A DNA stretch of 64,000 bases from an uncultured candidatus Brocadiaceae bacterium (GTDB taxonomy: Bacteria > Planctomycetota > UBA1135 > UBA2386). The notes below the pieces were generated by a model. It was given only the letters and a program-made list of their open reading frames with translations. It ran no database searches and had not been told where the DNA came from. The position numbers were made by a program, and so were the translations under genes. This document shows, in pieces, positions 15,714-24,700 of the stretch (position 1 is its first letter; each line of letters opens with the position of its first letter). The stretch lies in the NCBI GenBank assembly GCA_964418595.1, contig CAYQMF010000002.1, positions 41,723 to 105,722 on the forward strand, written 5' to 3'.

Positions 15714-17744
15714 CTAGTGCTTGGCGGCTTCGACCTCGCGGTGGTGCGCCGCGACGATCTCCTGCTGGATGTTGCCCGGTACCATCTCGAGGTGGGACGG
15801 GCGCATGGTGAAGGACCCCTCACCTGCGGTGATCGACCGCAGATGTGTCGCGTAGTCCTGCATCTCCTTGAGCGGCACCTCGGCCCGGATGATCTGGATG
15901 CCCTCCTGCGTCTCCATGCCCGACATGCGGCCACGGCTCGTGGACAGGTTGCCTGCCACCTCGCCCGTGAAGCGCTCGGGGATCGAGATCTCGACCGTCA
16001 TGTACGGCTCGAGCAGGATGGGGCGCGCCTTGGTGAAGGCGTCCGCGATCGCGCGTTCGCCGGCGATCTGGAACGAGATCTGGTCCGAGTCGACGTCGTG
16101 GAACTTGCCGTCGTAGACCTCGACCTGCAGGTCCTGCACGACGCAGCCCGCGAGCGGCCCGTGCGCGAGGAACTTGCGAACGCCCTTCTCGATCTCCGGG
16201 ATGAACTGCTTGGGGATGGAGCCGCCGACGACGGCGTTGACGAACTCGAATCCGGCGCCCCGCTCGAGCGGCGCAATCCGGAGGTAGACCTCGCCGAACT
16301 GGCCGCGCCCGCCACTTTGCTTCTTGTGCCTGTGGTGCCCGTCGGCCTTGGCCGTGATCGTCTCCTTGTAGGCGATCCGCGGCGCGTGCGTGGTGGTGCC
16401 GATGCCATAACGACGTTTGAGCCGAGCCAGATGCACGTCCAGATGCAGCGGGCTCATGCCTGCGATCACCAACTCGCCGGTCAGTTCGTCGCGACGGATG
16501 TGGAGGGTCGGATCCTCGGTGTGGAGCTTCTCGATGCCCTGCCCGATCTTCTGCTCGTCCCCGCGCGACGCCGGTTGCACCGCGAGCGAATACACCGGCG
16601 GCGGGAAGCTCGGCGTCGGAAAGCGGAGGGGAGCTCCGTCCGCGGTGACCGTGTCGCCGTGGTTGAGCGATTCGATCTTCCCCACGCAGAAGAGATCGCC
16701 GACGCTCACCTCGTCCGCCGGCTTGGGTTCGTGGCCCTTCATCACGAGCAGCCCGCCCACCTTCTCGTGCTTCTCGGTGCGGACGTTGAGGAAACCGGCG
16801 TCCGCCTTCACATGCCCGCGCAGACAGCGCAGGTAGCTCATCCGCCCGACGTACGGGTCGACCACGACACGGTAGACGAAGGCCGCGAATGGCCCCTCGT
16901 AGGTGGGCTCGACCAGCTGATCGAAAACGTCGGTGCCCGGCTTCGCCGCGCCGCGCGGACCGAACGACAGGGGCGATGGCAGCACGCCCCCGATCACATC
17001 CAGGAACTCGGCGACGCCGAGGAGCTTGGGCGGTGAGACGACGAACAGGGGCACGATCCGCCCCTTGGCGACCGCACCCGGCAGCTTCGCGCGAACCACC
17101 TGGGGATCGAGTGTGCCCGACTCGAGGAACGCCTCCAGCAGGACGTCGTCCGACTCGGCAACGCGCTCGGTGATCCGCTCCGCGTAGCCCGCTGCCGCCG
17201 GCCCCTGCCCGTCGAGCACCTTGTGCACCGCCGAAAACGATGCGCCGGAGTGGTCGGGGTACGTGAACGGCACGACGATGTCGCCGAACACACCCTGCAG
17301 TTCGGCCAGCGTGGCCTCGAAGTTCGCCGTCTCGGCCTCCATGTGCGTGACCACGATGGCCCGCCCGACGCCTGCGGTCGTCGCCTCCTGCCACAGCCTG
17401 CGCGCGTGAAACGAGAGACCCGCGGCCGCGTTGACGCACAGGATGCCTGTCTCTACGACGCGCAGCGCGGAGATCGCATCGCCCAGGAAGTCCTGGTGTC
17501 CGGGCGTGTCGACCATGTTCAGGTTGATGCCGCCGACCGGGAAGCCAAAGAGGTGGGAGCACAACGTGTGCTTCCGCTCCTTCTCCTCCGCCTCCTGGTT
17601 GCCGAAGCTGGTTCCCGCGGCAGAGTCCCCGTGCCGCGACGCGACCTTCGTCGCGAACGCGATCGCATCGATGAGGGCCGTCTTGCCTGAATACGAGTGT
17701 CCGAAGAGAGCGACGTTACGAAGCGTTTCCGAACGGGCGGTCAT
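15714..17744 (-). CDS. Elongation factor G paralog with degenerate G1 and G4 nucleotide-binding motifs
   Basis: ORF 15714..17759; the ATG at 17744 (MTARSETLRN) is preferred over the GTG at 17759. All EF-G domains are recognisable (DTPGHQDF; HKKQSGGRGQFGEV; VGGSIPKQFIPEIEKG; LEPYMTVEISIPERFTGEVAGNLSTSRGRM; LRSITAGEGSFTM). However, G1 reads GHSYSGKT (canonical AHxDxGKT) and G4 reads THME (canonical NKxD; plus 17337-17348, reverse complement ACG CAC ATG GAG). Confidence 0.85.
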   Translation of the reverse strand: MTARSETLRNVALFGHSYSGKTALIDAIAFATKVASRHGDSAAGTSFGNQEAEEKERKHTLCSHLFGFPVGGINLNMVDTPGHQDFLGDAISALRVVETGILCVNAAAGLSFHARRLWQEATTAGVGRAIVVTHMEAETANFEATLAELQGVFGDIVVPFTYPDHSGASFSAVHKVLDGQGPAAAGYAERITERVAESDDVLLEAFLESGTLDPQVVRAKLPGAVAKGRIVPLFVVSPPKLLGVAEFLDVIGGVLPSPLSFGPRGAAKPGTDVFDQLVEPTYEGPFAAFVYRVVVDPYVGRMSYLRCLRGHVKADAGFLNVRTEKHEKVGGLLVMKGHEPKPADEVSVGDLFCVGKIESLNHGDTVTADGAPLRFPTPSFPPPVYSLAVQPASRGDEQKIGQGIEKLHTEDPTLHIRRDELTGELVIAGMSPLHLDVHLARLKRRYGIGTTTHAPRIAYKETITAKADGHHRHKKQSGGRGQFGEVYLRIAPLERGAGFEFVNAVVGGSIPKQFIPEIEKGVRKFLAHGPLAGCVVQDLQVEVYDGKFHDVDSDQISFQIAGERAIADAFTKARPILLEPYMTVEISIPERFTGEVAGNLSTSRGRMSGMETQEGIQIIRAEVPLKEMQDYATHLRSITAGEGSFTMRPSHLEMVPGNIQQEIVAAHHREVEAAKH

Positions 17745-17843
17745 GCAAGTCCTTTCCACTCAGGTGGGCGGCGCAGCCTACCGTAGAGGTTCAGCCCTCG
17801 CACCCGTTTCCTCTGCCCGCTCGGCAAGTAGAAAGCGGTCCCA

Positions 17844-17895
17844 TCCTGGTGACCCGGCCAGGTGATCCAGCCAGGTGATCCCGCCAGGTGATGGC
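17844..17895. repeat. Four tandem 13-bp repeats in the OmpA-like / EF-G-like intergenic region
   Basis: tcctggtgacccg | gccaggtgatcca | gccaggtgatccc | gccaggtgatggc. In - strand sense the units read (G/T)GGATCACCTGGC, and each carries a CCWGG core. Confidence 0.9.
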
Positions 17896-17927
17896 GATCG
17901 GAGACCCTACGGACGCCCTCGCGCCGA

Positions 17928-18611
17928 TCAGCGCGGCTCGCCGACGACGATTTCGACGCGGCGATTCTTGGACTTGGCCGCGTCGCTGTTGCCGGAGAGC
18001 TTCGGGTCGTAGGGTCCGAAGCCCACGACGATGACCTGGTCCGCGGGCATCCCGCACTTGTCGACCAGGTAGCCCGCGACGACATCGGCGCGCTCCGCCG
18101 AGAGGTGGCGGTTGCTCCGAAATCGCCCCTTCGTCTTGTTGATCGGATCCGTGTCGGTGTGGCCCTCCACGTAGATCCGGCGGTCGGGGTAACGGCGCTT
18201 CAGCACCGCGGCGACGCGCTCGAGGACGGAGCCGGCAGCCGGCTTGAGGTCTATGCTTCCCGAGGCGAAGGTCACCTCGTTCTCGATCCCGATCGAGACG
18301 TTGCCGCGGCGGTAGCCGACGTCGAGATCCTTGAGTTCGTCCTGCACCTGCTGGATCTCGTCCTTCTTGGTGCCGGCGGCCTCCGTGGTCCCCCCGGCGA
18401 GGCGGTCGCGAAGGGCTTGCGCCTCGTCCCGCGCCGCCTTCTCACGACGCTCGGCGTCCTTCGACGCGGCGCGCAGTTGCGCATTGGAGTTCTCGAGCTG
18501 GCTGATCTTGAGATCGCGCTCGTGCAGCATCTGCTGGTAGGTGGTGGTGCAGCCCGCGAACGCGAGCAGGCAGGGAGCCGCGAGGCGGCACAGCGTGGAT
18601 CGAAGCGACAT
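17928..18611 (-). CDS. OmpA/MotB-family peptidoglycan-binding lipoprotein with N-terminal coiled coil
   Basis: Signal peptide plus lipobox (LLAFAGC). A coiled-coil-like segment follows (LKISQLENSNAQLRAASKDAERREKAARDEAQALRDRL). The OmpA_C motifs are present: IYVEGHTDTDPI, SNRHLSAERADVVAGYL, NRRVEIVV. Confidence 0.88.
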   Translation of the reverse strand: MSLRSTLCRLAAPCLLAFAGCTTTYQQMLHERDLKISQLENSNAQLRAASKDAERREKAARDEAQALRDRLAGGTTEAAGTKKDEIQQVQDELKDLDVGYRRGNVSIGIENEVTFASGSIDLKPAAGSVLERVAAVLKRRYPDRRIYVEGHTDTDPINKTKGRFRSNRHLSAERADVVAGYLVDKCGMPADQVIVVGFGPYDPKLSGNSDAAKSKNRRVEIVVGEPR

Positions 18612-18643
18612 GTGTCCTCCCAGGTGTGTGTGTTATGGGCTGG

Positions 18644-19588
18644 CTAGGGGCTGCGCCCCCGCTTCACGATGACGACGAGCAAGAGAACTGCGACGATGGC
18701 CAGCACGAGCAGCAGGAGCGGACTCGCCGGGTTGGCGCGCTGCCAGGTTGGCCAGGTGACGAACAAGAACTCCTGGACGAACTCGCCGACGAACATCGAC
18801 AGGAGTGCGCCGGCGACCAGGAACGGACCGAAACAGATGAACAGATCGCCCGTCACGAGACGGTGAGCGACGCCGACGATCGCGCCGAGCGCGCAGGCGA
18901 GGAAGAACGTCAGCAGGACGTCCTGCCAGCCGACGAATGCGCCGATCGCAGCCATCAGCTTCACATCGCCGAAGCCCATGGCTTCTTGACGGAACAGCCA
19001 CGACGACACGGCTCGCACCGTCCAGGTGAGCGCCGCACCGGCGCTCATCCCAGCCAGACTGAAGAGCAGTGCGCGCGCCTCCGACGAGACACCGCGGATC
19101 CCGAGATCCCCGTAGGCTGCCGGGATCACCAGCGACCCCAGCACGCCGAGGACCATGGCCGGGATCGTCAGGCGATCGGGTAGCAACCGATGATCGATGT
19201 CGATGAACGTGCACGCGATCAGCGCACTGACGAAGATGGCGTGCAGGACGAAGGCTCCGGTCCCCGGCCACGCGGGGGGCCAGGCCGCGAGACCCGATGG
19301 CGAGAAGACCGCGAGCAGCCAGAAGACCAACGCCGTGATCGCCTCGACAAGCGGATAGCGCCAGGCGATGCGACCGCCGCAGCACGCGGCCTTGCCCCGC
19401 AGGACGACCCAACTCACGACGGGGATGTTCCAGCGGGCCGGGATCGGCGCACGGCAGTGCGGGCAATGCGAGCGTCGACCACCGCTCGTGAACGTGCCGT
19501 GCGGCAAGCGCCAGATGACGACGTTCAGGAAGGAGCCGATGCAAGCGCCAAGCGCCGCGGCGATCGCCTGCCCAGCCAAGTCTGTCAT
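18644..19588 (-). CDS. pilD: Prepilin peptidase (A24 family, PilD/GspO)
   Basis: ORF 18644..19636 trimmed to ATG 19588 (MTDLAGQAIAA). It has GSFLNVVIWRLP, the zinc-type CPHCRAP...CCGGRI motif, and catalytic-Asp contexts FIDIDHRLLPD and GFGDVKLMAAIGAFVGW. Confidence 0.92.
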   Translation of the reverse strand: MTDLAGQAIAAALGACIGSFLNVVIWRLPHGTFTSGGRRSHCPHCRAPIPARWNIPVVSWVVLRGKAACCGGRIAWRYPLVEAITALVFWLLAVFSPSGLAAWPPAWPGTGAFVLHAIFVSALIACTFIDIDHRLLPDRLTIPAMVLGVLGSLVIPAAYGDLGIRGVSSEARALLFSLAGMSAGAALTWTVRAVSSWLFRQEAMGFGDVKLMAAIGAFVGWQDVLLTFFLACALGAIVGVAHRLVTGDLFICFGPFLVAGALLSMFVGEFVQEFLFVTWPTWQRANPASPLLLLVLAIVAVLLLVVIVKRGRSP

Positions 19589-19774
19589 ACCCGCCCGCCA
19601 AGATTCCGTACCTCTGCGCCAACGATCGCCCGACACCCGCAGGTCGAGACCCCGCGCGGCCCTGGTCCTGACCGACCATTCGAGCCACCCGTGGTTTGGC
19701 GCGACGCGTGGAAGTTAGCGCGCGGGCGCCGGGTGTAAAGGCCGCGCGCCGGGCGGAGGCTGCTTTCTCGCGCC

Positions 19775-21658
19775 CTACCGCACGACGAGCGCGATCGCCG
19801 CGACCGACGGCAACTCGTCGAGATCCCGCGCGACATCGGCGCGCAGCACGAATCGGACGAACCCGCCCGCGGGGATCTCGGACACGGACTCGGCAGGTTG
19901 CGCCGGGGACCAGGCCTCGCGACGGTCGTCGATCCGGGTCGGATCGATCGGATGCGCAGGTGCGGTCTGGACCAGGACCTGGATCGCTCCGCGCGCCCCC
20001 TTCACTTCGACGCCGAAGGGGCCTCGGTGCCACGGCGGCACGCGCTGCCATTCGGTGACGGCCTCCGCACGGGCCGGCTCCTTGCCCGCCCACCCGGTCG
20101 TCATCCGGACCTGGACCGGGGTCCCGCGCTGGATCGCACCTTTCAGCTCGTGCTCCCCAGCTACGACCGTCCGGGGGGGCACCCGGCCGTCGAGGTGGAT
20201 TCCGCCCCCTGCGACCAAGGCCAGCGCCGGCCCAAGGCTCGGGTCACCCTCATGCACGTGAGCTACTCGACCCCCGATACGGATGTCGCCCCCGGCGATC
20301 AGCGTGCAACCGGCGACGCCGGCCAGTTCGGTCTCCACGAGCCAACTTCCGAGGGTGGGGTCCCACGGCGGCCCCATCGCCGTCTCCAGAAGCAGCTCGC
20401 CGTCGATGCGGATGGCGCCCGAGACCAACAGGCGCAGCGGGCCAGGCACGCCGGCGATCGTCAGCCGGACACCCTCGGGGATCTCGAGCGAGGCAAGGCT
20501 CACTACGGCCCCCTGTGCGTCGAACCGCGCGGGTGGGCTCCACCGGACCGAGGCGGTGGGGCGCAACGGACCGAGTTCTCCTTCGCCGGCCGCAAGCCGA
20601 ACCAGCGGCGTGATGCGGTTTCCGTCGCGAACCTCGAAGCCAGGGCGCGCCGGGTCGACCGGTGTGAGGACCGGCTGGTCCGTGGCCGCGACCTCGAACA
20701 CACGCGCGTGCGAGCCGGGCTGAACGTGGACCTGCAACCGCTGCCCGCCAAAGCGGGCCGCCGATCGGATCGGACGGCCGCGGTAGTCGACCAGGGCGTG
20801 CGGGCCTTCCTGGGCGATCAAGAGGTCGACGTTGTCATCGGCCTGCAGCGGCGGATCGGCGCTCAATTGCAGCGAGACGGTGCTCCCGAAGAACCGATCC
20901 GAAGCGTCCGGCACGATGGTGGCGCTGCGCACCGATACGCGCCGCAACGCCTGCGCCACGCCATCCCACGCATGCACGACGAACGCCGCGGGGGTCACGG
21001 ACGGTGGCGATGGCGGCAGCGTGAAGTGCAACCGGAGTTCGCCGGTCTCCATCAGCGCGTCGAGCCGACGCGCTGGGTCGAGGGTGAATGGCTCGTCCCC
21101 CATGCCCACCGGCAGGAGCGGATGCGCGTAGTCGTCGCGGCCGGAGAGCCCGACGGTCCGGAACGGCCGTCGCACGGCGTGCTCGAGAACCCGCCCGTCT
21201 CGGCTCCGCACCGCGTTCGTCTGGGGGTACCCGGCGATCTCCAGCGTGTAGTCCGAGTCCGGTCGCAGCGTCCCGTCGCTCAGGCTCGGGGTGATCGGAG
21301 GACGGGGACGAACGGACAGGGACTGGGAACCGACGTCGATCCCGGCCGGCGCGACAGCATGACCCTGGGAGTCGACAACGCGTACGGTGTCCGGGGTCAC
21401 CGAAAGAGGCTCGATCGGCTTCGAGAAGTAGACGGTGATCTCCTGGTTCAGGATGACTCGTTCGCCGTCGGGCTTGATCCGCACCGCGGTGAACCCCATG
21501 GCGCCTGACGATCGGCGCTCCTCGCACCCGGCGAAGACGGCCACGGTGACCGCAATGGGGATTCGTAGGTGCCAGGACACGGGCGAGTGGACGGTAACGT
21601 CCAGCAGGAGCCGCCGCTCCCTGGCCTTTCTGGCTGGCACTGGCGGCGGCCAGCTCAT
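19775..21658 (-). CDS. Lipoprotein with Ig-like (SbsA-like) domains and a beta-solenoid-like C-terminal half; member of the giant-lipoprotein family
   Basis: 627-aa ORF with lipobox VAVFAGC. It has an Ig-like module ITVYFSKPIEPLSVTPDTVRVVD and the family segment VVSLASLEIPEGVRLTIAGVPGPLRLLVSGAIRIDGELLL. The C-terminus is FVRFVLRADV..VAAIALVVR. The exact start is uncertain (long n-region). Confidence 0.8.
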   Translation of the reverse strand: MSWPPPVPARKARERRLLLDVTVHSPVSWHLRIPIAVTVAVFAGCEERRSSGAMGFTAVRIKPDGERVILNQEITVYFSKPIEPLSVTPDTVRVVDSQGHAVAPAGIDVGSQSLSVRPRPPITPSLSDGTLRPDSDYTLEIAGYPQTNAVRSRDGRVLEHAVRRPFRTVGLSGRDDYAHPLLPVGMGDEPFTLDPARRLDALMETGELRLHFTLPPSPPSVTPAAFVVHAWDGVAQALRRVSVRSATIVPDASDRFFGSTVSLQLSADPPLQADDNVDLLIAQEGPHALVDYRGRPIRSAARFGGQRLQVHVQPGSHARVFEVAATDQPVLTPVDPARPGFEVRDGNRITPLVRLAAGEGELGPLRPTASVRWSPPARFDAQGAVVSLASLEIPEGVRLTIAGVPGPLRLLVSGAIRIDGELLLETAMGPPWDPTLGSWLVETELAGVAGCTLIAGGDIRIGGRVAHVHEGDPSLGPALALVAGGGIHLDGRVPPRTVVAGEHELKGAIQRGTPVQVRMTTGWAGKEPARAEAVTEWQRVPPWHRGPFGVEVKGARGAIQVLVQTAPAHPIDPTRIDDRREAWSPAQPAESVSEIPAGGFVRFVLRADVARDLDELPSVAAIALVVR

Positions 21659-21706
21659 GAGCCGGAACGCTCTCGCGGGAGCGCTCCGGCCGCGGCGTGC
21701 ACCGGC

Positions 21707-24700
21707 TTACTGCGGCGCGCGGACCCGATACACGAGCGCCAGACTCCGGAGGCTGGGGCGCTTCGGCGAGTTCGCGGCGATGTCGTTCTCCATGATCAAC
21801 CGGAAGTTCAGGAACTGCGGCAGGAGCCCGTTCAACGGGTTGCGCAGCGTGCTGATCTGCTCGAGGTCGACGTACGGAGTCATCCCCTCCACGGGCACCC
21901 GGGGGTCGCTGCTCGCGCCGGGATTCGCCATCGCGTAGCGGAACGCTTCACACGCATAGAACGGGTTCAGCAGGTTCTGCCGGTTCATCGAGCGGTTCTC
22001 GGTCAGACGGTTCCAGACGCCGGGACGGGTGATCGTCTCCACGCCCCGCACCTCGAGGGCGATCGACGTTCCCACCGGCTGGCTCTCGAGCGGCGGATCC
22101 ATGACCGACACGACGTCGACGGCGCGGCGCGTGGACACACCGGAGAAGTCAGGCACGCCGGCCCGGTCGTTGAGGCCCGTCCAGGGTACCGAGATGCTCG
22201 CGGGGTCGAGATCGTGCTGGTTCGGCTTCTGCGTATCGAAGAACCCGAAGGTCACCATGGACACGCGGCGTACGAAGTCGGCCTGCGCCCAGTACAGGTG
22301 GTCGTTGTATCCAGGCACCGTCGTCAAGCCGTAGATGATGTCGGTGGAGCCGGCGTCCAGGATGATCGTCCCGCGCGCCACGGGCTCACGCACCGGATCG
22401 ATGAGAACCTGGCTGCCGACGCTGTTCACGGACCCGGCGCTCATCACGGTGAAGCTCGGGTAGTCGAACCCGGCGCACGACAGCGCGGGCCCGGCCAGGT
22501 TGTACTGGCGCGCCCAGTGTGGCACTGGCGATGCCGGCGGCGGCGGGACCTTGCCCAGGTTGAAGTAACCCCAGTACGGAGACTGGTGCCCGTTGATACC
22601 GACGTAGGCGATGTGCATGCGGTTGACGCCGCGCGCCGCGCCGTTCGCCGGATCGTCCGGCCACAGGTTGAACTCCATCAGGAGCGGCAACGCGATCGGA
22701 TCCATGTCGCGCTGCCGGTCGCCGTTGAAGTCGCCGACGTCAGCGACGTGGATGCCTGACGCGGTGACAAAGGTCTGGCCGTTGACCACCGGGAACACGT
22801 TCTCCTCCCACGGCGATGACACGCTGGTCGTGTTGTCCTTGGGCGGGAACGTACTCTGGGTCGGATCTTGCGCGCCGCCGAGGCCGGTCGCGATCTGCAA
22901 CTGGGTGTCCCAGGACGCCAGCCGTTGGTCGCGCCAGGTGAAGGTGCGCGTGAACTTGGGATACGGCGTGTAGGTGTTCTCGGTCGACGAGCGGAACGCG
23001 TCGCCAGGGTTCACCGTGTACGCCTTGTCCTTCACGACCTCGACCATCACCCCGTTGAGCGGGTTGGCGGTGAACGTCGTGGACAGGCCCGAGAGCAGGC
23101 TCGAGCAGTCGACGCGACAGTTCGGCGCGCCTGGGCCGGCCGGGTAGGTGAGGTTCGCACGGAGATCAGGCCGCTTGGCAGCGTGCCCCATCCGCAGCGT
23201 GTAGCGGTCGAACTGATCGAAGAGGACGGCGCGGTTGTTCCACGGCGCCCAGTACATCTGCTCGACGTCGATCATCATGGTGTCCGCGTCGTGGTACCCG
23301 AGGCCGAAGTCGTCCTCACGGTACGTGACCATCTCGCGCACACCGCGCGGGTTGTGCGGACCACCGATGCCACCGTAGTCCAGGGGCACTGCCGGAGGTT
23401 GGAACGGGTTCGGCGGCGGCGCCGGCGCCGTCGACTGCGTCATGGATGGAGTCGTGTACAGCGGTCCCCAGATGAGGTGGCTCGGCGGGCGAGGCGGCAT
23501 GGCCGCCGCGTCGCCTGGGTCGAAACAATCGCCCTTGTCACCGCGCGTGATGCTGGGCAGCGTCCGCGCATCGGCGATCTTGCTGAACCGGCTGACGGGC
23601 GCACTCCACAGCCGCCCCTCGCGGAGCTCGAACTGCCCGAAGAAGTCCGGCGACCCTGGCTTGGTGCCATCCTCGTCCGTGGCCTCGAATCGGATGACCC
23701 GCTGCCCGACCAGGTTCTCCGGCGAGGCGGGGTCGAGCGTATAGCCGATGGAGAAGCTCTGGCGCTGCTCGGTCCCGACGCGGCGGTCGAAGATGTCGAG
23801 GCCGTTGCCGGAGAGATCACGTGGGCTGAGCGCATCGCCCATCACGTGCAGCCAGTACTGCTCGGTCTGACTCGCGACGTGGTTGTGGCCCATCGGCAGG
23901 TTCAGCCGCAGCGTGGTACCGTCCTGGCTCACGTCCTCGAGGTTGGTAGCGATCATCGACAGCCCTGCAACCTTGGGCTCGCGCAGCATGGTGGTCAGCG
24001 CGGCATCGGGGAGATAGCGGTTGCCGATCAGCACGTTGCCCGACCGGTCGACCGTGCTCATGTCCAGCGGCTCGCTGAACTTCACGGCGACGGAAGCGAT
24101 CGGGTTGATGCGCGTTCCGGGCGCGATCGGCAGCCGGGTCTGTGGATCGATGCGCGGCGTCGCCGGCTCGAACTGCACGAACTCGTACCGACGCGTCGAG
24201 TCCGACACGGCGAAGGAGCCGTTCGTGTAGGGCAGGTTCTCGTAGTAGTGCACGCGAACCGAGCAGTCCGCGCCGAGCGGGAGCGAACTCGCCTGGAACG
24301 CGGCGATCGCGCCGGATGCCCCGACCACCTGCAGGTGCGTGACCCTCACGCGAACCGTGTCCGCGTTGCCGCCGTCGGTGCCGTCCGCGGCCTTGCCGAG
24401 GTTGGGGTTGTTGGCGAGCGTGCCGCTGTTCGACACGTCCATGTTCATCAGGATCTCGGCGCGGATGCGGACCGGACCTGCCGCCGTCTGGACCGTCTGC
24501 GACAGGAAATCACCGGAGCGCAGGCGCGCGACGGTCGGAACTTCGCCGGGTCCGAGCGGCAGACCCTCCGTGACGCCCAGCGGGCCATCCACGAAAGGCA
24601 CGCGGCCGCGGAGGGCGACCTTCGCCCCGCGCTTGTTCAGCGTGACCTCGCGGTTCGCCACGTCGATGCTCTGGATGCCCATCGGCACGTCCGCCACGAT

